Source of the DNA: Octopus sinensis
Lineage: Eukaryota
Length of the DNA: 64,000 nt
Direction of reading: 5' to 3'
Assembly (NCBI RefSeq): GCF_006345805.1
Contig: NW_021833121.1
Span: 1 to 64,000, forward strand
Both the position numbers and the translations under genes were made by a program. The notes below the pieces were generated by a model that did not search any database, had not been told where the DNA came from, and saw nothing but the letters and a program-made list of their open reading frames with translations. Shown one piece after another: positions 22,735 through 36,049 of the stretch (positions within the stretch are counted from its first letter, which is position 1; each line of letters begins with the position of its first letter).

Positions 22735-25700
22735 GACTGCCCATCCCACCCCACCACCTATACTGGAAGTCTTTGTCCTCTGACCTCTATCAGATGTCTT
22801 TCCCCTGAACACCTCCAATGGCTTAAATGCTACCCCATCTCTACTTAGTGTTTAACTCCTATGAAATGTAGTGATTATGTAGGACATAAAATGATGGTGT
22901 AGTGCATGCAGGTTGAAGTCTATTGTATGTTTATGAGTTCTGTCAAATGCGAGCTTTCTTTTCAGGCACATGATGCTGCTGTCCCCCATCCCAGGGTCTC
23001 GCAGGCCCATACCTTCCACAACCTCAGAGTTGGTATACTTAATATTGGCACATTGAAAGGTAGGGCTGGTGAGATTGTTAAAATGCTTGAATGGAGACGT
23101 GTAGATTTGTGCTGTATCCAAGAAGTAAGATGGAGAGGAAGTTCTGCTAGGTTCCTCACAGGCAAAGAATACAGGTATAAGATTTTCTGGGCTGGAAACA
23201 CTGATGGGGTCAGGGGTGTGGGTATACTTCTTGCGGATAAATGGGTTGATTAGGTAATCAAGGTAGTCAGAGACTATGACAGAATACTTAAGCTTAGATT
23301 AGTACCGCAACATGGATTAGCAACCATTATCTTGACTTATGCCCCTCAGCAAGGGCTACCTGATGAACAGAAAGACCGATGTTATGATACCCTCTTACAG
23401 ACTACCATATTGACAAATGACAAGGACCTTCTCTTTGTGGCTGGCGACTTCAATGGGCATGTTGGACAACATCCAGGGGACTTCCATGGTGTGCATGGTG
23501 GCTATGGCGGGAAACAGGCTGCTGAATTTCTGTGATGTAAATGATCTTATGATTTGTAATACTAACTTCAGGAAACCTGCTAGTCACCTATTCACCTACA
23601 GGTCTAGCAGATGCTTAAAATATCTGGTGGTGTCAGCTATAGTCTAGTCACCCATATAGTCAATCAGGTGATACATGAAGAAGTAATATCCAATGATTTG
23701 GTGTAGCAGCACCATAGTCAACTGCTACAAAGATAAAGGTGACGCTTTAGATACAGATAATTACAAAGGTATCAACTTGTTTGATCAGGTAATAAAGGTC
23801 ACGGAGAGGGTCATAGCCCAACTAATTAGGGAGAGAGTCAGTTTAGATGAGATGCAGTTTGAGTTCATGCCAAGGAAAAGCACCACTGATGCTATATTTC
23901 TGGTAAGACAGCTGCAGGAGAAATTCCCAACCAAAGATTAACCTCTGTACTTGGCTTTCATTGACATGGAGAAAGCCCTATCTGGTGGTCAATGTGGAAA
24001 CTAGGGATAGATGAGTGGTTAGTGAGAGCTGTGCAAGCTATGTACAGGGATGCTGTCAGTAAGGTGAGGATTAGTAATGAGTATAGTGAAGAATTCTGGG
24101 TAAGGGTAGGGGTCCATCAAGGATCAGTCCTCAGCCCCTACTTATGGATCATAATCCACCAGGTAATAAAAGAGGAATTCAAGACAAGATGCTCTGAGAG
24201 CTCCCCTATGCTGCTGACCTTGCTCTAATAGCTGAGTCACTATCAGAACTAGGAGAAGTTTCAGATGTGGAAGCAAGGTCTAGAGTTGAAGGGCTTTAGA
24301 GTCACTCTAGCAAAAACCAAAGAGGAAGGTAGACAAATTACAAATCCCTTCAGGTAGATCACCCTTCTCGGTCTGTAGAAAAGGCATACATAGAAACTCC
24401 ATAAGATGTACCTGGTGTAAGCTATTGACACATAAGAGATGGGCGCAATATCAAACAAAGGCTATCTAGGAAGATAGTTTTTGTGTGTGGCAAATGCACT
24501 GCGGCAACAAACACTGAAAATGTGTAGAAAACATCTTTCATCACATGCCAGGGGGAAAACTAGAAATAGTTGACAGCTTCCATTACCCAAGTAACCAAGT
24601 CAGTCACAGAGTTGGATGCTCTGAGAGTGTAGCTGCTAGAATAAGAATAACCGAGGCAAAGTTCAGAGAGCTTCTACCTCTGCTGGTAACAAAGGGCCTC
24701 TCGCATGACGCATGTGTGCTAACAGACATGCTATATGGCAGTGAGACATGGGTTGTGATTGCTGAGGACATGCATAAGCTTGCAAGAAATGGAGCTTGTA
24801 TGTTCTGCTGGATGTGTAATGTCTGTGCATACACAATGGAGTGTAAGCACCACGAGAAAGAACTTGGACTTAAGGAGCATCAGATGTGCTGTGCAAGAGA
24901 GATGACTGTGCTGGTATGGTCATGTGTTACATATGTATGAGGACAGTTGTGTGAAAAACTGTTACTCCCTAACAGTGGAGGGAACTCGTGGAAGAGGTAA
25001 ACCCAGGAAGACCTGGGATGAGGTAGTGAAGCACAACCTTCGAACATTAGGCTTCATGGAATCAATGGCAAGTGACCAAGACCTTTGGAGATATGCAGTC
25101 CTTGAGAAGAACCTGGCAAGCCAAGTGAGACCATATGCCAGTGTAGCATAACCAGCCCACAGGGCAATAAACTGTGCTTGAGAAGACCTGTTGAGTCAAG
25201 TGAAATCATTGTCATGGCTGATGCCAGTGCTGCCTGATTGGCACCCATGCCGGTGGAACATGAAAATCACCATTCTAGCATGGTTGATACCAGTCCCACT
25301 GGACTAGCTCCCATGCCAGTGACACGTAAAATGTACCACACAACTGTGGTTGATACCAGTGCCAGCTGACTGGTCCCATGCCTGTGGCACGTAAAAAGCG
25401 CCATGCAAGCGTAGTTCTTGGCTGGTTCTTGTGCCGGTTCACCAAGATATTCTATTGTAAAAATTGACCAGGAACAACATGATACTCAGCAAGCATAGTT
25501 CCTGGCTGGTTCTTGTGCCGGTAGCACATAAAAAGTACCATTCAAGCATGGTCATTGCCAGAGCCGCCTGACTGGCTCTGGTGCTGGTGGTGTGTAAAAA
25601 GCACCTACTACAATCTCGGAGTGGTTGGTGTTAGGAAGGGCATCCAACTGTAGAAACCTTGCCAGATCAAATTGGAGCATGGTGCAGCCTTCTGGCTTGC

Positions 25701-25776
25701 CAGTTCTCAGTCAAACTGTCCAACTCATGCCAGCAGGGAAAGTGAACACTAAATGATGATGATGATGATGATGATG
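22735..25776 (+). mobile_element. RTE LINE (dominant family), near 5'-complete but internally deleted, head-to-tail with the previous copy
   Basis: ORF 22906-23253 (LRVGILNIGTL..DLCCIQEVRW, APE endonuclease); jump from EN to RT at about 23610; RT and thumb fragments; (GAT)n tail at 25753-25776. Confidence 0.92.
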
Positions 25777-26079
25777 CAGACACTGAAATTGAAAACTCCA
25801 TTGACATTGGAATTCAATATCTACAGGTAAGTTACAAATCAGTCTTAACAACGAGAGCCAAAGCTACTCACTATACAATGGTATTACAGATGGCTAACAG
25901 CTGTGGCAAAGTAGGAAATAGAACCACTAATATAAACCAGTCTAGAAGACACTTGCCCAAGGTGTAGTGCAGTGAGGCTGTACTTGAAATCATATGTTTG
26001 GGAAGCAAACGTCTTAACCATACATTTTGTAGAAATTCCTAGTTATCATCTGTGCTATAGGTGCCTAAATCATTATCCT

Positions 26080-26540
26080 TACAACCATATGCATCAGTTA
26101 AAATTTCCCTAGACTTATTCCCAATTATGGGATGTTTTGTTTCCATATTTTCCTTCTCCAAGTCATATTTCATTCCTGTGTCTGCTTAGCTCCGACTGTT
26201 ATGTTATTGGCTACCAATCTATGTTGTATAGTGCATTCTTCATTAGAAAAGATTTTCACTAGCAAATAAAACCTTCTGTTTGGTTTGTTAGTGAAAATGT
26301 CATTTATCTGACTACTTATGTGTTCACCAGATTAGTATGTGTTTGATGATTTGCATCACAGGATTCTAGGAGCATTACACCCTCCCCATTTCTTAAATCA
26401 CAACCAGAACCTTCACTAACATTATGGAAAACACCATCTTTTTGGCCAACATATTAAATGAAGTTGCCAGCCACAATAATGAAAATACTGTCAATCATTG
26501 TTGAGTCTATAGAAAGAACTCATAGAGTATGGAGAGAGTG
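26080..26540 (-). mobile_element. Old RTE endonuclease remnant
   Basis: Reverse strand GTGGCTGGCAACTTC..GAAATGGGGAGGG..CTAGAATCCTGTGATGCAAAT and GAAGAATGCACTATACAACATAGATTGGTAG resemble the EN region of the intact copies. Confidence 0.55.
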
Positions 26541-27169
26541 GGGAATATTGCTTTTACACACAAGTGATGGTGAGTGAAAGACATTAAAGAAGACAATGTA
26601 ACATGATGTAGAAAGAGAAAAGAAAAAGAAAAATGACAATATATATATATATATATATATAAATATATATATATGTAGTATCAAAAGTTTCTGCAGAAAG
26701 ACAATAGAAAGAACAACATTCTATAGAGTCAATAGAGATGAATGTTATTAATAATATAGTCTACTGGCTCAGTTAGGTTACCCCTAGGTTACAAAATCTA
26801 CATCTGTAGACAATTATTTAATGCTCATATTTCCTACGTATCTCCCATCAGGCCCAAATAACATGATGGACTTAACTTGCGATAACATAATTCAAAGAGA
26901 CAAAATTGATTAGAGGTTATAACTCTTTAGCATTCATAAGTAACAATCAGAAGGACATGAAATACAGCACCATGAAATTTTCATATGAAAAATATGATTA
27001 TGTAATCTTCGAGAACTGATATTACGAAAGTATAATTTAATTTATGTCAATTTTTCTTTCAATTTTACTCTAGCACAAAGAAGTTATCTTAAACAACTGA
27101 AACCTTCTATTTCTTATTTTTTCAATATATATTTATTTGTGTGCAAACTCTGAACTTTTTACATACAAG

Positions 27170-27210
<41 letters not shown>

Positions 27211-27211
<1 letters not shown>

Positions 27212-27512
27212 TAGCTGAGTATCCTGTTGTTCCTGGTCAATTTTTACAATAGAATATCTTGGTGAACTTTTGGAATAGCACACCCACATAAATTGGATTT
27301 TTAACATTTTTCAACTTTTCGTCATCACAGTCTGCAAATGGAGGTGGAAAGGCTTTTGATGATAAAAAAGTTGTGAAAATGTATGAAGTTTTTTACAACC
27401 TCCACGCACCACTGATTTGGCCAATTTTTTTTTGCACTACTCACTTAAAAACACTGGGAGTAGCCTGGAAGTTAAAAAAAAATTGGAGCTCACTATTTTT
27501 ATATATAGAGAG
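27211..27512 (-). mobile_element. Non-autonomous Helitron-like element (second copy at 28871-29172)
   Basis: Minus-strand 5' TC(TC)TATATATAAAA start, 3' CTAG end with a decayed subterminal hairpin, inserted in (TA)n, no TSD. Confidence 0.5.
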
Positions 27513-30497
27513 AAAGAAAGTTGCAAATATATATATATAGACAGGGGGAAAATTCATCATGAGAAAAGCAAAAAAATCAAAGAGATAAACAAATAGAGAG
27601 ATCTTTTCTGTAGCTGTTAGATTTTGAACTTGGTGAAAATTTTCAAATTTGGTATATTGATGTACTTTTTCACATTGAAACCAAGTTTGCAATTCATTTA
27701 TTCTAGAAAAATTTTAGAAAAATGATAGACAGGTTTAAAGTTTGATCATTTTTACCCAATTAGAAAACAGGATTCGTATGTGATAGCTAATGATAAAATG
27801 GAAGTGATGCAAGAGAAATAATACATAAAATAGTGGACAAAGTATTACATCAAGGAAGTCTGAACAAAGCTACACTTCTCTCAAAACCAAATATATACAA
27901 CAAGAGAGAGGGAGAGAGAGAGAGAAAGAGAGAGAAAGAGAAGGGGAGACAGAAAACTCATAAAAAGGAAAATAAAATGACAAGATGCATACCAAGCAAA
28001 CTGATAGACAAAGCCACATATAGATTCACACACATATATATACATAAAATATACACATATATAACACACCTATATACGTGTTTGCACACACGTTTTCACA
28101 TGATAAATATGCTGCTTAAAGTGTACATGTGTATAAATGTTGCATTAATAATAATAATAATTAAAATTGTCAGCAACATGGGGGTACTATTTTATTCTCT
28201 GCGTATGTTTTCTGGATATAGCAGCCATTAACATATTTAAGGAATAGTTTTCATAAATATCACTCAGCTTGGCTGTCTACTTGTTCATGGGACTACATCT
28301 AAGTATTAATCTATTTTATTCAAATGTCACTTGATCAATCAATGCTTACAATTCCTCTCTCCCATCAACATCCCATCCCCTGCTAAAACTTGTTGTAAAC
28401 TCTATCCTCATTGCTTATATGTTTATATGATAAATATGCCAGTTAGAATGCCCATCTGTATAACTATTGTATTAATAATAATAATGATTAAATACTAAAA
28501 CTTTATCATAAGTCTGATTAACAGTAAATAATTAAAACTGTAAGCAACATGGGGTAACTATGATTTTCTCTGCATAGGTTTCTGGGCTTAGCATCCATTT
28601 TTGCAAACCAATTATGTCTGCTCACCCACATTCACCTTTTCAATCTGAACGTGCATGACTTGCTTCCCTAGCTGCTTGTACTCTTCCTGTTCTGTGAGTA
28701 GAGGTTCTTTGTACCCATATACTTGTGTGCATGTGCCTGTTAAAGAACCATGTGCATGTAAGTATGCACTTATGTGGATTCCATATATATATACACATGT
28801 GTATGTAAATGTATGTGCTTGTGGGTATGTATATATATATATATATATATAATATATATATATATATATGCTAGCTGAGTATCCTGTTGTTCCTGGTCAA
28901 TTTTTACAATAGAATATCTTGGTGAACTTTTGGAATAGCACACCCACATAAATTGGATTTTTAACATTTTTCAACTTTTCGTCATCACAGTCTGCAAATG
29001 GAGGTGGAAAGGCTTTTGATGATAAAAAAGTTGTGAAAATGTATGAAGTTTTTTACAACCCCCACGCACCACTGATTTGGCCAATTTTTTTTTGCACTAC
29101 TCACTTAAAATCACTGGGAGTAGCCTGGAAGTTAAAAAAAAATTGGAGCTCACTATTTTTATATAGAGAGAGAAAGAAAGTTGCAAATATATATATATAG
29201 ACAGGGGGAAAATTCATCATGAGAAAAGTAAAAAAATCAAAGAGATAGACAAATAGAGAGATCTTTTCTGTAGCTGTTAGATTTTGAACTTGGTGAAAAT
29301 TTTCAAATTGGTATATTGATGTACTTTTTCACATTGAAACCAAGTTTGCAATTCATTTATTCTAGAAAAATTTTAGAAAAATGATAGACAGGTTTAAAGT
29401 TTGATCATTTTTACCCAATTAGAAAACAGGATTCGTATGTGATAGCTAATGATAAAATGGAAGTGATGCAAGAGAAATAATACATAAAATAGTGGACAAA
29501 GTATTACATCAAGGAAGTCTGAACAAAGCTACACTTCTCTCAAAACCAAATACATACAACGAGAGAGAGGGAGAGAGAGAGAGAGAAAGAGAGAGAAAGA
29601 GAAGGGGAGACAGAAAACTCATAAAAAGGAAAATAAAATGACAAGATGCATACCAAGCAAACTGATAGACAAAGCCACATATAGATTCACACACATATAT
29701 ATACATAAAATATACACATATATAACACACCTATATACGTGTTTGCACACACGTTTTCATATGATAAATATGCTGCTTAAAGTGTACATGTGTATAAATG
29801 TTGCATTAATAATAATAATAATTAAAATTGTAAGCAACATGGGGGTACTATTTTATTCTCTGCGTATGTTTTCTGGACATAGCAGCCATTAACATATTTA
29901 AGGAATGGTTTTCATAAATATCACTCAGCTTGGCTGTCTACTTGTTCAAGGGACTACATCTAAGTATTAATCTATTTTATTCAAATGTCACTTGATCAAT
30001 CAATGCTTACAATTCCTCTCTCCCATCAACATCCTATCCCCTGCAAAAACTAGTTGTACACTCTATCCTCATTGCTTATATGATAAATATGCCAGTTAGA
30101 ATGCCCATCTGTATAACTATTGTATTAATAATAATAATGATTAAATGCTAAAACTTTATCATAAGTCTGATTAACAGTAAATAATTAAAACTGTAAGCAA
30201 CATGGGGTAACTATGATTTTCTCTGCATAGGTTTCTGGGCTTAGCATCCATTTTTGCAAACCAATTATGTCTGCTCACCCACATTCACCTTTTCAATCTG
30301 AATGTGCATGACTTGCTTCCCTAGCTGCTTGTACTCCTCCTGTTCTGTGAGTAGAGGTTCTTTGTACCCATATACTTGTGTGCATGTGCCTGTTAAAGAA
30401 CCATGTGCATGTAAGTATGCACTTATGTGGATTCCATATATATATACACATGTGTATGTAAATGTATGTGCTTGTGGGTATGTGTATATATATATAT
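27211..30497. repeat. Near-identical tandem duplication, unit about 1.66 kb (27211-28870 and 28871-30497)
   Basis: Line-by-line identity with scattered SNPs and small indels; unit boundaries are (TA)n tracts. Confidence 0.97.
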
Positions 30498-30729
30498 GTT
30501 TCTTTATTACCCACAAGGGGCTAAACATAGAGGTGACAAACAAGGACAGACAAATGGATTAAGTCGATTACATCGACCCCAGTGTGTAACTGGTACTTAA
30601 TTTATCAACACCGAAAAGATGAAAGGCAAAGTCGACCTCGGCAGAATTTGAACTCAGAACGTAACGGCAGACGAAATACGGCTATGCATTTCACCTGGCG
30701 TGCTAACGGTCCTGCCAGCTCGCCACCTT
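30498..30729 (-). mobile_element. tRNA-derived SINE
   Basis: Minus strand GGTGGCGAGCTGGCAG..TTAGCAC (A-box-like), GAGTTCAAATTC (B-box-like), GGTCGACTTTGCCTTTCATC core, TAAGTACCAG, and a (TAAAGAAA)-type tail. Confidence 0.8.
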
Positions 30730-31267
30730 TTATGTATATATATATTTACATTTAAGCATACGCTTATTCAGACTGCATGTACATATATGTATATATATAG
30801 TTTAGAGGATGAAGACAGGTGTTCTCTATATAGAATACACTTCGAAGTGCTCAAGAGATTTGAACTTCAGCTGGTAGATGAGTAAATATAATGACAAGCA
30901 AATTAGACAAGTTGCTTTACACAGAATATTAAATACATTTAATAGGAAAAATATACATATGTATAGATATAAAATAAGTCCGACTTATAGAATATAAATG
31001 ATATCAGGAGTTAAACAGGTAGAGTTTTTTAAGTCCAAAAGCTGTTTCTGGGAGCTTGGTAGTCCCGAATAATGGTGGTTATTTGCAGTCATCATCAGAT
31101 AACATTGCCTTTGTCTTCAGGGGAGAGTTTTACACTGGAGAATTTTACATTTGAGGTGTTGACAGAATAGAGTTTGAAGATGCAATTCCATTTTCAAATA
31201 CTTATTAAATATCTTAAATCGACTTGCCTAATTTGCTTCTCATTATATTTATATGCATGTATATATA

Positions 31268-31327
<60 letters not shown>

Positions 31328-31335
31328 ATAAATAT

Positions 31336-31376
31336 ACTAGCATTATGACCCGGCAACGATGGGTCATAGTGCTAGT
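31336..31376. repeat. 41-bp hairpin with CTAG at both ends (Helitron/Helentron-type terminal structure)
   Basis: ACTAGCATTATGACCC-GGCAACGAT-GGGTCATAGTGCTAGT: 16-bp stem with one G.T mismatch. Confidence 0.7.
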
Positions 31377-31502
31377 GCATGTATATATGTGTATATATAT
31401 GTGTACATGTTACATGTACATCTCTATATATACATCTACACATAAAATACAAAATACAAACTTATATCTTGATATCGCTAGTAATAACAATACTCAAAAT
31501 AT

Positions 31503-32390
31503 ATAACAGACTGGAATTGTAGGCCCGTCTCTTGCAATTTCGATCAATTTTATCTTGTCCTCCCTCTTGTATAGAAGTGTAGCTACAATCCAGCCTACCT
31601 CTACTTTTGGGGGGACATTTTTAATTTTTATCCGGGACCTCCTATGTCCCAGATATAAAGGTAAAAATAAAATATTTCCACATTGCAAGGCTCGAGTCGA
31701 GTACTCCCTTGCATGCTCCGTTGACTCGAACCTTGCTTCTATTGTGGCGAATTTACCACCTCTGGTTAGATACTTGATATCTTTCACAGTCACACCAAGA
31801 CACTTTTCAATGGTGCTTTCCTCCAGGTGTTTAAATCGTTTTTTTTCTCTACATTGTATACTTTATAGGCAATAGTCTTTTCTTTAATTTAATTTTTTTA
31901 TTTCGTTTGGTGGTGTTATCCTAGATTCACCGTCTTTGTCGGTGATCAATCCAAAATAGGTTTGTATTTCTTCCATTTTAATTTTAATGAATTCGCTGCC
32001 CGCCGACAGCTGCAGCGAAATTCATTTTTGGACTTTCTTCTATCGAAGACATTTTAACAAGAATGTTTCTGTGTAAACGGTGAAAATATTTTCAATTTCC
32101 CCAAACAGGGACACAATTCAATTTTTAAACAATAACCAAAGCTCCTTCTCCCAAAGGGGGAGGGTTACGGTTTACAATTATTTAACAAATGCAACACAAC
32201 AACGCTTCCCTTACGAGGAACCAACAAACGTGATAACAATAGTTAAACAGAAATAATAATAACACAAACCTTACAGTAAACCAAAGAGCAGTACTCTGTT
32301 GAAGCTATAGACCTTTATGGATCAGAAATAAACCAACAGCAGTACTCAGTAGAAGCATCTTTCGAGAAAACAGACATTATATACAGCCAA
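31503..32390 (-). mobile_element. L1/Tx1-like LINE 5' UTR and ORF1 fragment
   Basis: ORF 31494-31793 (KYLTRGGKFATIEARF..LFLPLYLGHRRSRIKIKNVPP..GWIVA) resembles, from memory, the RRM-type ORF1 of mollusc Tx1-like LINEs; a UTR-like leader lies upstream and it is truncated at about 31503. Confidence 0.5.
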
Positions 32391-32411
32391 ACTTCATATA
32401 GATACTTAATG

Positions 32412-32914
32412 CTAGCTAATTAGCAAATAATCTAATGTAAAAGCCGTGCACACCTCCATCTGGACTATTCCATTTCTCCACTTAAATTTATTTTTTATTT
32501 ATTCCCATTCATGTGAAACGACTGATTCAAGTTCAAGTCATTGATGCAATTTTATACCAATTGCTATTTTTACTTTTGTTATGTTACAATAATATTATAC
32601 TTTAGTTTGATTTTAATTATTACTTACTACATATAATTCAATTGTTATTATTATTTATGTTAAAGTGAAAGCATCTGACATAAAATAGAGAAATGCTTTT
32701 GTTTCACTTTTACGTAATACTGAAATAGTGGAGAAGATATGATATTGCTATGGGCTCGCTCTAGGTAAGAAGTTAAACATTTTTTTGTGCCCATGAAACT
32801 ACATGGACCCTAAGTAAGGCATGTGTCAAATTTGAATGAAATTGGTTGTGTAGTTCTCAAGTTTTATGGAAACACACAGACAGACAGACATTCTCAGTTT
32901 TATATATATAGAGA
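32412..32914 (-). mobile_element. Non-autonomous Helitron/DINE-like element
   Basis: CTAG at 32412-32415 near a GCCGTGCAC subterminal motif; other end ...ACAGACAGACAGACATTCTCAGTTTTATATATATAGAG, typical of DINE-like elements. Confidence 0.5.
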
Positions 32915-32956
32915 TATATAAATATATATATATACACATATATATATACATATATA

Positions 32957-34397
32957 TCTCTTATTATAAAAGGCAGATTTTATCTGCCTCCCTTTGGGAG
33001 TTATACAAATCTACAATATAGGATTTTTCTTCAATTACAATTTACCTAGCATTTTTAAGAGTACAATGCATCGCGTCATGCCAGGTCCAGTTTTTAAAAT
33101 TTAAACTCCAATTAAGCAAAATTTACAGAAAACTCACATTCTGGTGTGTGTGTCAAATGCTTTTCTTAGTCTGGTTTATACCACACGCAAACGCATACAC
33201 ACAGTGTGCAACGAATAAAATGAAAGTAAATAGCGACAGAGTGATTTGAGGAGACTAAACTGAAAGTATTTAAACCACTACTCAAAAAATAAAAAAACAC
33301 AGCAAACAGAAAATTTCTTCAATTAGAGTTTACCTAAGATTTTTTCAGAGTACTTCAGTGGGTGATGCCATAAAAAATTTCTTTCAATTTTACCACCAAT
33401 TAAGACAAAATTCGAGAAAACTCAATATTTTAACATATCACTCCGAAAGCATTGATGTACATGTGTGCGTGCGTGAGTGTGTGTGTGTCATTCCTCACAC
33501 ACACGCATACACATACATATACAACTACATACAACTACATACACATACAACTACATACAAACACGTGTGTTTGTTATTAGTAAAAAAGGCGCCAAATCAC
33601 AACTCACTTATCATTCCAACACATTTGCAAAGACACACGGACGGACAGAAAAGGTAAATTGGTTTTTATTTTACTCTGTATATATTTTATTACGCCCGAA
33701 TTTACATATTCATATTTAAATGAGAATATCAGAGCAAATCTCTTTAGTACATTCGTGAAAACACGTATTATACTTCGTAAAGAGTTCAACTACAGTTTTG
33801 TACAAAAATCGAAGTGTAATTTTAATTCCGTGAATTATGGGAGATTTTTTTCCGAAATTTGTTCCTATTGTGTTTTCAAAATTTGTAATTCTGACAAAAA
33901 ATGGATACGAATTTCATTATATCAAGCAGCGAGTCAGAATTCGAAGGATTTTCTACTGAAGACCTTCATAAATCTAACTCTATGAGTGAAAAAAAAAAAC
34001 CATCTTTATATAAGAGTGAAGTTGTGTGATGTCTGTCTCCTACGATTTAGATTCCTAACTACTCCCACATTTTGCGGTGCAGTTTAACCAAAAGCGGGTA
34101 TCTTATAGTCGTGATTCATATCGAGCCCTTCTGGGTATTAGCGTGCGTCTACGATGAGTCTACGATTTAAAAAAAATTTACCATCATATTTTTCCATTTT
34201 AATGCATTTTTTTCGCTTTTATATAAGGGAAGTAACTCTCTAAAAATATCTACGATGTGTCAACGATTTAAAAAAAATTTACCTTAATTTTTTTTCAATT
34301 TTTAATGCATTTTTTGCTATTTTTTGGCTATGACTCTCTAAAAATGCTTATATAGTTATTTCCCTTACAACCCGAGCAACGCGGGCGATACTGCTAG
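32957..34397 (+). mobile_element. Two adjacent non-autonomous Helitron-like elements (TC starts at 32957 and 34003) sharing a 3' end
   Basis: 5' TC after A; 3' hairpin CCCG-AGCAACG-CGGG (34371-34385) followed by CTAG (34394-34397) and T. Confidence 0.6.
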
Positions 34398-34434
34398 TAT
34401 ATATATATATACACACATATATATATATACATAT

Positions 34435-34477
<43 letters not shown>

Positions 34478-34482
<5 letters not shown>

Positions 34483-35853
34483 TTGAACTTCAAAATGCAA
34501 AAGTTTACAACACATTTATACAATTAAATCCGTATTTAGTTACATCACACTTGTTGATGATGAGTGCTTGCAGACACTTTGAATAGTTTCCTAAATACTT
34601 TTTACATGTGGCGGGGCCTATTTTCCCCCATTCCAAAATTCTTTTCAATTCTTGTAAGTTACATGGATTTCTTTTTTGAACTCTGAGTTTCAATTTTTAC
34701 CACAGATTTTTGATTGGATTATAGTCTGGAGATTGACTTCTCCATTCCAAAGCATTAATCCCATTTGTTTCCAACTAATACTTGCTCAGCTTTGCTGTGT
34801 GCTTTGAATCGTTATCATGTTGAAAGGCCCATCCTCGTTCCAAGTTTAGGGAATATGCACTAGGTATTAAACATCACTCTAAAATCTCCCTATATTTTTG
34901 ACCATCCTTGTTCTTTTTACTACTTCCATTCTACCAACACCTGATTAGCAAAAACAAGTCCATACCATTACTGATCCACCTCTGAATTTGACTGAACAGA
35001 AAGTATTCTCTGGCAGGTTCTTTATGCTGTTCTCTCTCCAAACCTTGTTTATTGAGTTTCTGCTGAGAAGCTCAATATTAGTTTCGTCAGACCACACTAC
35101 ATTTTCCCAATATGTAACTGGTTTACTTAAATGTCTCTTTGCAAAGGCAAAATGAAATTTAAAGTGACATTTCTTAAACAATGGAGTCTTTCTTGGAGAA
35201 GGAGAAAAGTGATCCTAATAACAAAGTGATATACTAATTATATCTTTGCTCACTTATACTTCACATGATTCCAGATCTTCCTGCAGCTCCTTGAGTGTGG
35301 TTTGTGCTCTATTACTAGCTGTCCTTGTAAGTTTTCTTGCCGTAAGCTCTGCTAACTTACATGGGTGACTTGAACAGACTAGAGAGAAATTTCCAGTTAC
35401 ACATTAGCATACCAACTGAACTCAGTGGCACATTAAGCTGTGCAGAGATCTTTCTGTACCCACTGCCACTCTTATGAAGGTCAACAATATGCTCATAAAG
35501 GTCTTAATTTGTTTATTTTTACCCAGAACTGATGTCAGAAATGATGCAATGGCTATAAATATTCACAAACAAAACTTCCCAAATCTTCTAGAACACTATG
35601 GATATTTTGAGAAACAAAATCATTTTTATTCAAAATACATGAAAAATTATTCAAGTGAGTTAAATGTGTTGTAAACTTTTGTTTTGAATTTCAACTTTTT
35701 CCATATTTCAACTTTTTTGTTCATTATTATGTAATTCTGATTGTTGCATTGAATTTATTACAAAAACTTCATAAATGGTGGAAATTTCATTAACCTGCAT
35801 TATATGTAAACTTGGATTTTTAACTGTGAATTGCAAACTTTAGCAGGTCACTG
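34478..35853 (-). mobile_element. Tc1-family DNA transposon, decayed, left TIR truncated
   Basis: FAKRHLSKPVTYWENVVWSDET, VKFRGGSVMVW, a decayed DNPD equivalent and RNPCNLQELK; inverted repeats AAAGTTGAA..CAAAAGTTTACAACACATTT at about 34478-34520 and 35660-35700; right end ...GGTCACTG followed by TA. Confidence 0.9.
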
Positions 35854-35969
35854 TATATATATGTATGTGGGTATATCCATGTATGTAAATGTGTATGTAT
35901 GTTTAGGTATACACATATGTATATCTGTCTGTCTGTCTATCTATCAATCTATCTATCTATACACACATA

Positions 35970-36001
<32 letters not shown>

Positions 36002-36005
36002 AGTA

Positions 36006-36049
<44 letters not shown>

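Noticed and set aside
25140-25640. Repeat-spacer-like array that superficially resembles CRISPR
   Set aside because: The units are the degenerate RTE 3' UTR repeats with homologous spacers, in a eukaryotic context with no cas genes.
28600-28770. ORF YGYKEPLLTEQEEYKQLGKQ... in the duplicated unit (also 30265-30543)
   Set aside because: No good acceptor, it begins in a TA/TG microsatellite, and it has no domain features.
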